Shown here: one piece after another, positions 13,801 through 26,119 of the stretch
Layout: each line of letters begins with the position of its first letter
Position numbering within the stretch: position 1 is the stretch's first letter
NCBI GenBank assembly: GCA_977862235.1
Contig: OZ374560.1
Span: 1,426,001-1,490,000 of the forward strand
Origin: Dudresnaya verticillata
Lineage: Eukaryota
Reading direction: 5' to 3'
DNA length: 64,000 nt
Notes under the pieces: generated by a model
What the model was told of the DNA's origin: nothing
Database searches by the model: none
What the model saw: only the letters and a program-made list of their open reading frames with translations
Made by a program: the position numbers and the translations under genes

Positions 13801-15509
13801 GTTCCTTCTGATGTCAGCATTGCTGGCACTGTGGATGAAGATGGAGATGGTGACCAAATAGCTGCTAGGAGTGCAGAAAAAGAAGTAATGGGACTTCTGT
13901 CTTCCATGCCATTGGAAGTAACGTTACATGAAAATGTGGTTGCAAATTCGTTGGTCAATGATTGCTGTACGGATAAGTGTAGATCCAGCATGTCACCTAT
14001 TTCACCTCTTCGCAGGTCCTTAATTTCATCGTTTGTATTGAGATCCACGTCAATACTTTGAAGTGATCCATAAAACCTGTGGCGATCTTCAATCAATGGC
14101 CAATCATCAATGCAATCCCAAGCACGGATCGCTGGAATATTTGGATCGCCGTAGAGGTCCAAAACCTTCTCCTTATTTTCACTGCGATGACTCCAGCGAG
14201 TCCTGTACGTAAAGAGGCTGGACATAATGATCGCATCATGGACGGCTCCATGTGCTACATCCATTCTGGCGTATTCGCTAACTGGGATCACTCGCAAAGG
14301 AGTCTTCGGGGATCCAGTAGCACTGAGAAACCTGCTTGAAACACCTGATTTATTGATATACACGATGTGCATCGAGATTGATGAACGCGCAATCAAACGG
14401 TTTCTGACGAACGGAAGATATGTACGCGAAATTGTACCATGTGCCGGAAAACCCCTGTTAAGAGTTCCTTCGTCAGAATCTTCGAGTCTTGAGGAGTCAT
14501 CTTCAACTGCACCTGGTTGGCTCGCCGTTCTAAAGTGCCACGGAGGTACGATATTGTTGTTTAAAGAGTTGCTTATCATCACAAGAATTGTAAAATGAGC
14601 CCTTGTCATTTTCACGCTTCCACTAATAAGGAGCACGGGAAGTAGGATTTGCCATTTGCATACATCGACAACCTTGATCTTTTCTCCACTACTAGTCGGT
14701 ACTTCAGGACCAACGTGCAGTCTGTCAACAACGGCGACCGTGTTCTACCCTAGGACAGGAGAAGCTTCTCCAGTTTGACTTGGTGAATTTTGGTCAACTG
14801 TGTGATTTGCTCGTCCGCTAATTAGGAAACCACTAGACCCCTGTTCCATTCGAGGAATAATAAAACTTCTGGAATTATTACTTTCCATAAGGTAACTTAA
14901 ATCGCCTAGGTGGCCATGTGGATCCTCAGACGATTCTTCACCCTCTTCGAGAAGATTCCTAACAGTCCCCTCTCCTTTCCGCGTTTCTGCATCCCTCTCG
15001 AAACACCAGTCTTGTAAGTCTTCAGGGTCACAACTTTGAGGCTTCATTGGACTGTTGTCATCACTCCTAGAAACACCCCTGTCATGTGCTGGAGTACCTC
15101 CCGGATCTACAACGGACTTCTGCGGAGACTTAGAGGAGGCCCCGTTGTTCATGAGTTGAAGAATTTCGTCAGACGTATATAACTCGTCACGTGACGTACG
15201 AGTCGGGGCATGTTTTCTTGCAGATGAAACGTCATCGATGGGAACTTTCCAGTCGTCTACCAAGCTACCACCAGTTGTTGCAGGGTCTTGACATTGTCGC
15301 TTTGATCCCTGACTCTTGTTATCGCCTTCTAGATCTGAAACCCGGTCATCTTGGAACCTTCTCCTCCTGAACGTTCGGCGAGAACTGGAGAAATACTTCT
15401 CTTGTGGATCGGCAGACCCACCAACCTTTCTTGGCATTTTCTGAATGGCAAAGGACATGAACAGGAGAGGAGAATGACGTTTCACAGTACGGCAGTGAAA
15501 ATCTGTCAA
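10846..15509 (-). pseudogene. Decayed CACTA/Mirage/Chapaev (Plavaka-like) DDE transposase
   Basis: Ordered minus-strand motifs: YVLYWDGF...CLNIPPAMR..VRILSLTPPG (about 13320-13170), GDTLALNEALGHMGDACCHLC, PDHLLTGLG, FEQAHQILKR, then C-terminal VLHNCAGSC...H and FYIMSRAGGYPPR ending at TAA 10848-10846. Broken by several frameshifts and stops; start uncertain. Confidence 0.75.
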
Positions 15510-17186
15510 GAAGTGCGATACTGAATGGCATTATATATACTATTGTATCGTATATATACTGCCATTCAGTATCGCATATATATTTAACTTGCACCCCTGT
15601 GAGAACTTTTTACTCTCGAAGCGCACAGCAGAGATAATGGGAGAATCCCCCAGACAACCGCACATCACCAGCCATTAGGGTAATTTTATTCTCAATTTAT
15701 TACAGAAAACGAGCAACAATACCCAACAGGTAGGATTCTTATTTTCCAAGATATACCCCAGAACAACGACAACTAAACTGTACTCGCTTTTCTATACAAA
15801 AACCTTGGACGTTGTAAATGTTCTTAAAAGCAGGTGCCTACAACGGCATTAATTGCGGACAAGGAATATGATAAATGGGACTCCTGGTAAGGGATAATTA
15901 ACTCAATTCTGATGTCCAGCAATTCTCCTCAACCCGAACTACCATAGGTATACATACATATATGTACGGGATGTTGAGCTCACAGCCATAAGGAGCACTC
16001 TCGCAACAGAACTAGATCAGGCGTGCCCTCACATTAGGTCTTTTCCAATTGACTTTAGTCTATGCTCAATATCAATTTGATGCGTTTACATGTTTGCAAA
16101 CAGATCAATTTTGATAGTCAACTGGCAACCAAAAGTCAACATTTCTCTACGTAGCGGTACCGCAAGAGTCTCACAACGGAAATCCAGCAACGGTACCCTT
16201 CCATTGGCACATATTTGTCTGCTATTACGGAGATACTAAAACCGAAAAGGAACAAGCAACACTTGTTCAAAAAAGATGTCGTCATGATATCCATATTCGT
16301 ATGAATATTGTGCTAGAGAGAGAGAAAACGGATACGGACACAGCTGAATAGTTGCGGGAGCACTCTACATGGCATTGCATGGATGCAGAATTCCCGGCTG
16401 CTGGCATCCTATTGGAGTCGTGGATAGGCGCTCTACAAGGGAGAGAAAATTGCGGGTTTGAAAATTTGAACGAGGCAATGAAGAAACTTAAAGTTCCGAT
16501 AGCGCTATTTTTATCGCAGCCGAACTGCAGTTCGGCTGCGATGGTGCAGTTCGGCTGCAATAAAATTATTCATGGGGCACATCATCCCCTCTTAATCAGA
16601 ATGTATGAATTTATCAGTCTGTCTGAAACGTTATCTTATTCATGAACTGCAGTTGAGTGCATACACTTGAGCTGAGGTACTCCGCAGCTACAGCTTCCAA
16701 CGCCCACTTACTTTGAAATGACGGTTATTGCAGTGTTAGAAGCCTTGTTAGAGTGCATTTTGTGTAACTCTCACACATGCACAACTCCAAGAGGATATCG
16801 AGATGTTATCAGGTCGTCATTGACAAGAAGGTTTTGGCATTGGCTAAGTATCAATAGCTTTTAAAAGTTATTTACACTTAGCCAATGCATTTCAATAGAT
16901 TGTACGGATTTAGTATCCTTTTCACCCCATCTCCAATCTCTAACTATTCCTTCAAGCTACGGAGTAGTTCTAAGCATCATCCTTTGCGAACCAAGACTCT
17001 TAGAAGATGTACCATTCAGGCTGCCAACCTCCTTAATCGAATCGATCTTAGTAGATCGCGGAGTTGTACGGAATACTTTTCCTATTCATACACCGATATG
17101 GGATCTAGAAACTCTGAAACTTCACTAAGCGTTCGCCCGGGAAATCCTCTAAATCATGTTCTACACCTTTTTGATGTTCTTAAGCT

Positions 17187-20100
17187 TTGTGTACCATTCA
17201 AGATCTACAAGAGTTTTTCTCTCGGTCGAAGAAGCTTGCAAGTCGATACAAGTCCGTTCTCAACACCTTTAAAGAACCGTACATTCGAGATGTTATTGCA
17301 ATGTACAGGGACGATTCCATTTTCAGCACTAGGGGCTTCCTCTTGTTTGCTGATGTAGATGGAAAACGAAAGCTGTACAATATGGCGTTCTGGAGAAACT
17401 TTGCAATGCTATTGAGAAATGAGTCTCTTGCAGGTCCTGCACGATCATCTCAGCACAAGGGACGAGTCCGTCACATTTCTCAGCTGCAAATACCAACTCG
17501 TTACTTGATTCTGTGTCTCTCTGCACCTGGTTGGACTTCTCGGAGGCTTGAACGATGCGGTCTATGGAGCGGAGGAATTTATTGCAGGCATTTTTACATC
17601 CAGCATTGCTTCTGAAGAGATGGAACTGAAGCTACAGGAGTGGTGCGAAAAGATAATGCATGGTTTAGAACCGTCAAGAGCTTTCCATTTCACCGGACTG
17701 GAGAACGTTTGTCTTCTAGCGTCATATTGCTTTGAAGAAAACCTACTGATCTTCAAAGGGGTGATTGAATGTATCGATTTGTTTCTCAGAACAATTGTGA
17801 AGTGGAAGGCCAGTCAGAGCCGCTGGCATTCTGTAAGAGGCAAGCCTCTAATCATCGTTTGGAGGGTGAGCCCAGCAGATTTGCACAACTATCTTCATTC
17901 AGAAACCGGTGCTGATGACATGCTCAGAGCTATTGCTGTTGATCTTGTGTTCTGGGTACTGCATATTCTGCACGGAGAAGACTCTGAAATATCTCAGGAT
18001 GGTACTTCTTTAAAATACGCTACTGCAGGTGAGAGGGAGGCATTTGTTAAAGGTTCTTCGTTGTTTATTCAAGCCAGCGAGGCTTTCATGTCTGTTCTGT
18101 TCAAGACAATATCGAGTTTGACTACCAAGTTGTTTAGTATCGCTCTACTACCTATTCGAGATCCCATACAGGGTCTAAATGGGAGCTGCGGTTCAGTTCC
18201 GTGCGAGAGCTACCCTTCAATATCTCAGCAGAAAACCTTACTGAAGTACCTCAGCGATGTGCGAACAGGAGCAATGTTGTCGTCAGAGAGGATCAAAGTT
18301 TCAAACGAGGACCAGAAGACTGATGCAAATTTTCTAGGCGGAATGCCAGTCAAAAAGCAAAAGATGGAAAGAGGGTCGGTGGACGTGAGTCCTGCCAAGG
18401 CGCAGATAACAGGATCGGATGTCGTGGACGTGGGCCCTGTCCAAGAGCAGATCACGGGAGCAGAGGACGTGGACTCCAGCTCTATTGAAAAGCAGACGGC
18501 TGAAAGAAATTCTTCAACTTTGCCAAGCCCACTCAAGGCGCCCCTTGATGAGGGACAGACGACAAAAATGATATTCTTGAATATACAACGTACCAGGAGC
18601 GTAAGAAAGGAATATATGTTCTAGAGGTGAGTCCTGTCGAAGAGCAGGCAACTGGAAAAGAGGCTGCGGGTGTGAATCCTGTCGAAGAACAGTCAACTGG
18701 AAAAGAGGCTGCGGGCGTGAATCCTGTGGAAGAGCACAGAAAAGGAAAAGATACTAAGCACCAGAATTCTAGACAGGAATGGATCTAAGAAACAGAAGTC
18801 GAGGAACTGACTGGTATTGAATAGCAAGCAACAAGAATGAGAACCCTCTTCGAAACGACTCCTGTCGTACTGCAAAGGGTACAAAAGGATATCCGGGAAG
18901 GAACTATTGAAGTGGATCAGGAAGCAGGAACAGATATCTCCAGGTCTACTCCTATCCTCTCCATGTCTAGATATTCCGAAGCGAAAGCATCAGTTCTGGA
19001 TCCTGAAAGGCCCTTCCAGGCGCCTCTGAACAGCCATGTCCCTTCTTTCCAAAAGCATGTCAATGCGGAAGCTACCAGTGTCAACATTACCGGTATAATT
19101 GTAAGACTGGGCACTGAAGACTTACAAACATGTATTAAGATACTTGAGAAGGGAGAAAAAACTATTTGGGACCTCGACTGCACTCCTGCCGGGGAAACAG
19201 GTCTCCATGAAATGCTAAGGCATGCCTCATATCGGAGGAGGGAAAGCTCAATGCAAATATTCCAAAAATTCTGGAAGAAAGCTATAGCAAGCTCAGCGAT
19301 CATCTGGCTACGAGAGGAATTTAAACGCATTCATATCCGCAGCGGCTCTTCCTTAATCGTCAAAAATAGGAGGACAGAAGGACTATTTCAGTATCCTGTA
19401 CTGCAGAAACATCCGTTTCGGACATTGGAAGCGAGTGCAATCTTCCTTACAACTTCTGATTGCCGTGGGCTCTTATTGTCATGTCCTGGACACACGTTGA
19501 GGGATCAAGATGTTTTCAGGTCAGTTTGCTGAGTCCTGAAGTACAGTTATTCTGTATTGTTTGTCCAAAAATAGTTCAAGACGGCACATGTAAGCGAAGT
19601 GAAGAACGACATACTTCCGTAGAACCAAGACTTCATTGCTCTACGCAGTACGTCAACAGATCAAATGGTGATTTCAAGTATTGCGTCGTTCTGGATCTTT
19701 TCCCAAGTCTTGAGACATGCTGGAGGAAGTTGTGTGCCGAACCAGCTCGAAAAAGGGTGCATATCTGCTTTCTGAGAAGCCTTCTGGAAGACATTATGCT
19801 GGAGAAGAGTGTTGAGATGGCTGGGAAAATCAAGAGCAATGACCAACTTTTGCTTCTGAACGATGTCCGTCGACGTCCTCAACATATCAAGGATAAGTTC
19901 TCCTTTTCGAAGCTCTGGAAAGGGATCCCAATACTCTGCCGGAATCAAATATCCAGGATAAATGAGAATCACAAGCTAACTAAGCAGGAGATAGAATTCT
20001 TGTCTTCTGTTTGCTACAAAGTGGCTGAAACAAGTACAGCTTTCCCATGTGTGCTGGCTCATTATCTCTTCTTTCTGGTCACATTCAGTCCGGAGCATGA

Positions 20101-20392
20101 ATCGCTGTTCTTCGTAGTGGAAGCGTTACTCTGTGTCATGCACGGATTTCCACGACCGCATCACAACAGAAATCCGAACGGTTTGACGGCTGTACAGGAG
20201 TTACTAAGTTGGCCTTATAGCGGCCCAAGTGCTGCAGGAGTGACCGAAAAGGATAATACACATCTTGCTTCTGGAACAAAACCAACGGTGGCTTGTAACA
20301 GGATTGTGATTCTCTGTACCAGTTTGGACACAGCAAGACAGTTTTTGACCAAGCTAAATAGCAGTTCGATCAGCTGCAGTACAGCTTCAGAA
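17187..20392 (+). pseudogene. Large decayed ORF of unknown function (5' part), interrupted by the Copia insertion at 20393
   Basis: Overlapping + ORF pieces 17187-17615, 17548-18624, 18837-19532 and 19460-20392. The reading continues after the CAGAA TSD at 26120 (...STASE|RIKLRVSISS). Confidence 0.55.
18379..18738 (+). repeat. 45-bp (15-aa) imperfect coding tandem repeats
   Basis: VDVSPAKAQITGSDV / VDVGPVQEQITGAED, and GTGAGTCCTGTCGAAGAGCAGGCAACTGGAAAAGAGGCTGCGGGT repeated about 2.4 times from 18628. Confidence 0.75.
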
Positions 20393-20828
20393 TGTCGATT
20401 TGCACCCATCTGTGTCGCAGAGTCGCACTGTAATATACCTTACAGTGCTCCCGCCGTCGGCGACCACCGCGCCGTCCATGCGCGACGCGCGCGCCCGACT
20501 GCAACTGGCTGGGCTACTTCAAGCCCCGCTGACCACTGCAGACCAGCCCCCGTTCCTGAGAGCACGATGGAAATAGAAGAGTAAGCAGCGTTGACGAGAA
20601 CGTCCGTTGCGCCAGCCGCGGTGGTCTGCCGTGGCCCTCTTCCCTTGCTTCGATAAACCTCGCCCACCTCTCTGACCCGCTCGCTCAGCTCGCGCCCCGC
20701 TCACGCCCCGCTTCGCCCCGCTAGCGCCCCTTTCCCTGCGTTCCGCGACCCTGCGCGCCGTGCCCGCAGAGCGGTGATTGTACACCACTCTCACGCCGCG
20801 CGCGCGTGTCGACCGGCTACGGACGACA
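20393..20828 (+). repeat. 5' LTR (436 bp) of the deleted Copia
   Basis: Direct repeat of 25713-26114 with several SNPs and a net 34-bp length difference. Confidence 0.92.
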
Positions 20829-20910
20829 ATCCGGATTCCTACCCGGTCCCACGCGCCGACTTCGTCCCTCAAGACTTTGTTAGGATCGAAACCCACACCG
20901 GCCAAAAAAA

Positions 20911-23900
20911 ATGACTGCGAGCACATGCAGTCATACCAAGGCTTCGGCCGCAGAAAAGAAGACCTCAAGGAAGGAGTTCAAGACGAAGGCTGCCAACCTA
21001 ATCCGCTGCCTCAGAAATTCCAACCTTACTGATGACCTTTCGCAGAAGCTTATCAACGTTGCTATTGCTGTTATCTCTTCCTACCCGCTTTCAGATGTCC
21101 CGGAGAGCAGTACAGGAGATCACGAAGACGTGGAAGCCAAGCCTCCTACCGAGGAGGCCGCAAGATTTGCGATGGAGCTTTTACCCCTGTATGGAGCTTC
21201 TACCCCTGCCCAAGAAGATCTTCACAGAAGACTTCTTCGAGGTGCCTACTTTCCCAGTCAACAGTCTGTTTGAGGTGGCCCGACTATACGAGTTTGATGA
21301 TGTCCCCCAACAGTATTGGGACAAAGTCAGCCTCTCAGAAACTCGAGCAGAAGAACAAAAGACTTGTCAGGCTCGTTTGGTAATGCTTCTTCACTGTATG
21401 CACGGCTGAGTTCTCCATCGATGCTGTACGCCAGTTCAAGGCTTGTAGTGGATCTCCGAACCCACTCATGCACCTTCCTTTCCAGAATAATACTGTAAAA
21501 AGCTCAGTTGCTGAGGAGAGAGAAGATACCATCTTCTGTCAAGACCAAGAAGCTCCGATGCTAAAACATATCCGAGTGGACAAGAACCAAGTTACCATTC
21601 ACGGTGTTACCTCCAACGCCGCTGATCATCCCCGCCATCGCCCGGGAAACAACCAATTTGTTCGTGGCAACAACATGCAGCAGATGTACTCCTCCGCTGC
21701 AAACTCGTACCCCCATACGCGGGATGAGGATATCGCGCACACGATGGTTCACGTCCCGGACGGGAGTTACTATCCGCGCGCCCCACGCGCCCAGAACAAC
21801 GAGGATCACGGTTATCCGAACATGGTACAGCGTCCGTATGGATCCAACGGAGGTCCAAAGAAGTACGGCCCATCACCTGCCGAGCCCGGTAGTGGCGATC
21901 AGCCTCATGGTCCGCCGTTTCAAGGTTTTGGAAGAAGTTCTCATCGCCCGAACAAGGGACCCCCGCCGAACAACTTCGGAGATGGAGCAGGTCACAACGA
22001 CCGAGGTCGAAACCCTCCCCCCCGCTTCCCAGCCCTAATGGACATTATCCTTGCTTTTGGAGGCTACTTGGAGGATATAGAGGATAATTGGAGGATATGT
22101 GGAGCACGGAAAAGTTAAATGGAGGATATTTGGAGGTGTCGTCTGGGAGGCGCGGTTTGATACTGTTTTTTTACATATTTGGAGCACGTATGGAGCATCA
22201 TAGTATGGAGGTCATATCGTCCAACAATGTCATAGATACCGCACCTCCCGCGCACCAGCCCCCGCATGCTCGGCAAACAAGACCAATCTTCCCACGCCAT
22301 CGTCAACACGGCCTCCAACCGCCCGTGTCCTAAATCAGCGCGTTCACTCCCCCTACCGGTGGCTCTGGCAGACGCATCATCGCTACCACACCCGATATCC
22401 AAACGAGCAACGGCAGTTCGACTTACAATGCAAGCTCAAGCAGATTGCCATATTAGCAAAAAGCGGACTTCGCTTGGGGTATATCAAATTGATAATCCTG
22501 CGACCAGGTTACTCCCTGACTCCGTGCAAGCCTCACGATCGGCACAAAAGGCCAGTCTACCCAGTTTGTGCGCGCTGAAGAACGGTAGCTACCTGCGAGG
22601 GTACATTGAGAGAAAGCTGCATCCCCTCAATGGAAGTTTCGTGTGCCCGCAAGGCGGTCCCGGCCGCCTAAGCCGCCGGTGAGGGCGAGCGTTAGGGTGG
22701 CCCGGCGAAGCATGGCGGTGGCTGGGACGAGGTTTGGGAGGATGCAGGAGGTTGCGGTAAAGCGAGTGCGGGTATCTGCAGATCAACGTCGAGGCCACAC
22801 TACCGACAATGATCGTGACCAGCGCGATGACCCTCGCAAGGTTAACAATGTCCAGCAGATGTTCAAGAACTACAAGTTCTCCGGACACCTGGCTCAAGAC
22901 ATCCATCAAACCTTCAAGCTGTATGCAGTCTGCTCAAAGCAGTACAACCTCTCTCAGGCACACAAGGCAGAACGTCTTGTTCATGCATTCGATGGCGCTG
23001 CGCGTAAGTTCTACTTTGAACACACGCGAGAGGACATGTCATATCAGGAGAAGAACCAAGTCATGATGAAGGAGTATGTTTCCGATGCTCGCCAGCTCCA
23101 AGTCCAAGGCACTCTTGAGACTCTTCGTCTCCGGATCTTCATTACCAAGAAAGACATTTCCGATGTCGCACATGGCTTGACGAAGCTAGTTGAGATAATC
23201 AACGAGCTTGTACCGCAATACCCCAACGACTTTCACTCTGATGCTCATAAGGTTGACTACCTCCGCCGATCAGTGATTGAGTTCCAAGAATGGTCCCGAA
23301 TGCCGATACAGAACATCACGTCCCAAGGTTACAGCTTCAACGCGTTCGTCACCACGCTTCACGAGTCCATACAGAATCTTCGTCAGCTGGAGTTGCTCAC
23401 AAGTGGAGATGCGCGCCAAATTACCTTCACAGGACTCATCGAAGAAGACAACCTTCGGCACAGCAACAGTGTCCAGACCCATATGCTTCAGTACGGTCAG
23501 AAGCCACGTAAACGCTCGCGCTACGGTTCCAAAGGTGGTAACCCTGGTGCACAACTTCGGAGCCAGCAACGAAACAATGCTGCACGCACATTCGCTAATG
23601 CTAGACGTCGCAATGAGTGCTTCCGCTGTGGTGCTGCCAATTGGAAGCCAGGGCATAGTTGCACGAAAGGAGCCATACAGTCCAACATCCGGGGCCGTAT
23701 TGGTCATGGTGAAGATGCCACGCACATCGTTGCTCCTCTTGTCGGAGACATGGAGGAGGAACTCACAAGTTCTCAGGATCAGGAAGATTCAGACGTCCAC
23801 TATGGTGAACCAGGAGAGTCTGAACTATATCTCTTCGACGCAGCTCTAGCCAACACGGGAATCCAGACCAACTTCGTAGACCCTATTGAGAACTTGGAAG

Positions 23901-23971
23901 GAGAGATTGTAACCAACCACATCTCGGTTGGTATGCCGCAGGATTTTTGGATAGGCGACAAGAGCATGTAA
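20911..23971 (+). pseudogene. gag: gag, fragmented and apparently interrupted by a foreign segment at about 22030-22790
   Basis: Capsid-like YKFSG...HAFDGAARKFY...KVDYLRRSV and zinc knuckle CFRCGAANWKPGHSC in ORF 22643-23971. Upstream pieces are broken by frameshifts. Confidence 0.7.
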
Positions 23972-24078
23972 TGCCTCAGCCTTGTCGCCAAGCGATCAAG
24001 TGATGGCAGAAGCATCATCGCAAAGCAGTCCCGAGGCAATCATACCTATCCCAAAGCATCAAGCCAACAGAAACGTTC

Positions 24079-25122
24079 ATGGTAGACATCCACGTTGGTT
24101 CTCTTGGAAAGGAGATACGGAATACAAGACCAGCTGGCTTCTGTGTGAACATTGGGGCTCCAAAGTCTGTCGTAGGACGCAAAGAGATGCAGCGCATCCT
24201 TACTGCTTCAGGCATACATTCCCGAAGACTCATGCCCTCGCGCAACATGTTTCGCTTTGCCAACGCCATGTACGAGTCACTCGGTTGCATTTCTATACCG
24301 CTATTGACCCCACCTGACTGCCTTTTAGAAGTATCTCAGCTCGCACAACTCACAGAGGAAGACTTCTTCAAGAACAGGCAAGCCAACATCCGACGTCTCA
24401 ACAAGGCTGTAACGTACGCGGTTGACCATCGAGTCCGCCTACGCGTCCCAAGGTTGAAAGCAGACACCATTAAGGTGGTTGGATACTCGGATGCCTCGTT
24501 CGCCAACTACAGGGATCTCAGTTCCCAGCTTGGCCACGTTGTGCTTCTCACTGACGACAGTGGATCTTCAGTCCCGGTCAACTCCAAGTCGTACAAGTCC
24601 AGACGGGTAACTCGCTCAGCAATGTCCGGGGAAGTTATCGCATTCTCCGACATGTTCGACATTGCCATCGCCATCGCAGGTGAGCTTGGAGTTCTTCTCA
24701 ACAAGAATGTCCCGGTCCAACTTCTAACCAACAGCAAGAGTCTCTTCGACATCATATCCAAAGGCTCCAGAACTTCTGAGATGAGGATGATGCTTGACAT
24801 CGCTGCGGCACACGAAGGGTTCCGCGATAGGACGATCTTGGATATCGGGTTTGTCCGCAGTAGCTCCAACATCGCTGATGGCCTGACGAAGATGATGAGT
24901 CAAGCACAGTTGCGAGAAGTTGTGGTTTCCCGTTCGCTAGACATTCAGCCAGAGCAGTGGATCGTTCGCAAATATACCGAGACGCACGATGACCGCATTA
25001 GCTTTCGCGCAAAGAAGAAAGAAACTCTCAGAATTCTTTGGCCTTTTCGCAAGTCTCGCATTGCTTCGCATACCCACGAAAAAGAAGACGTTGCAAACAC
25101 CCCAAGCGTCCAAGATGGTTGA
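24079..25122 (+). pseudogene. pol: Protease fused directly to RT-connection/RNase H (IN and RT core deleted)
   Basis: FCVNIGAPKSVVG (aspartic protease site, D replaced by N) joined at LLTPPD|CLLEVSQLAQ to YSDASFAN..SQLG..KSRRVTRS..GE..NIADGLTK. Confidence 0.85.
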
Positions 25123-25442
25123 AGCCCCCCGACTTGCAACTGGGACCCGGCACGAGGCCTGTTGGGCCCCGACCCAGACGACGTTTGGATGGCGTTAAAG
25201 AATAGGACCTCTCCCATTGGGGTTTCCCCCGCAAGGTTGAGCGTGAATCTGCGGACCGGCACAACATAGGTGTCTTGTAGCCCGTCGCATGGGTCAATCG
25301 GCAAGAAGGCGTGGTAGAAAGCTACCATTTGAGTGAAGACGAGTCCACAAGGGAACCAGGACGCCATAGGGTGCTGCGCGGTCAGGTTGGTTCGTGAGCA
25401 AAGCAGGGGGGGGAAGGAAGGCACACCCGGTGGCCTTTTATA

Positions 25443-25641
25443 TCCCGCCTGATGATTATCACAGTTGGCAATTTCTACCCGACGATTTCGGGCACGATTT
25501 CCAGCCCCGAAATTGCCGCCCTGGGCCCGATTTATCTACCCGCCTCATGATTATCATAGTGTGCAATTTCTACCTGACGATTTTGGCACCTGATTTTGGG
25601 CCTGGAAATTGCCGCCCTGCGCCCGATTATTCTTCCCGCCT
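25443..25641. repeat. Two imperfect tandem copies (about 96 bp) in the 3' non-coding region of the deleted Copia
   Basis: CCCGCCT(G/C)ATGATTATCA...GCAATTTCTACC...GAAATTGCCGCCCTG occurs twice. Confidence 0.75.
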
Positions 25642-25712
25642 GCCACACCGCCTATGTCTAATGCAAATTAGATATGCGCGCATCGCCGACGACCGTTCTG
25701 CGACAGGGGGAG

Positions 25713-26114
25713 TGTCGATTTGCACCCATCTGTGTCGCAGAGTCGCACTGTAAGATACCTTACAGTTCTCCCGCCGTCGGCGACTACCGCGCCGTCCGCG
25801 CGGGACGCGCGCGCCCGACTGCAACTGGCTGGGCTACTTCAAGCCCCGCTGACCACTGCAGACCCCCCGCTCCTGAGAGCACGATCGAAGTAGAAGAGTA
25901 AGCAGCGTTGACGAGAACGTCCGTTGCGTCAGCCGCGGTGGTCTGCCGTAGCCCTCTTCCCTTGCTTCGATAAACCTCGCCCACCTCTCTGACCCGCTTC
26001 GCCCCGCTCGCGCCCCTTTCCCCGCGTTCCGCGACCCTGCGCGCCGTGCCCGCAGAGCGGTGATTGTACACCACTCTCACGCCGCGCGCGCGCGTCGACC
26101 GGCTACGGAGGACA
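25713..26114 (+). repeat. 3' LTR (402 bp) of the deleted Copia
   Basis: Follows the PPT, is followed by TSD CAGAA, and repeats 20393-20828. Confidence 0.92.
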
Positions 26115-26119
26115 CAGAA

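Larger units (their letters stand above)
20393..26114 (+). mobile_element. Non-autonomous, internally deleted Ty1/copia (GalEa-like) LTR retrotransposon, 5722 bp
   Basis: Direct LTRs 20393-20828 and 25713-26114 (TGTC...GACA). TSD CAGAA at 20388-20392 and 26115-26119. PPT AGGGGGAG at 25705-25712. gag, protease and RNase H present; IN and RT core absent. Confidence 0.92.
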
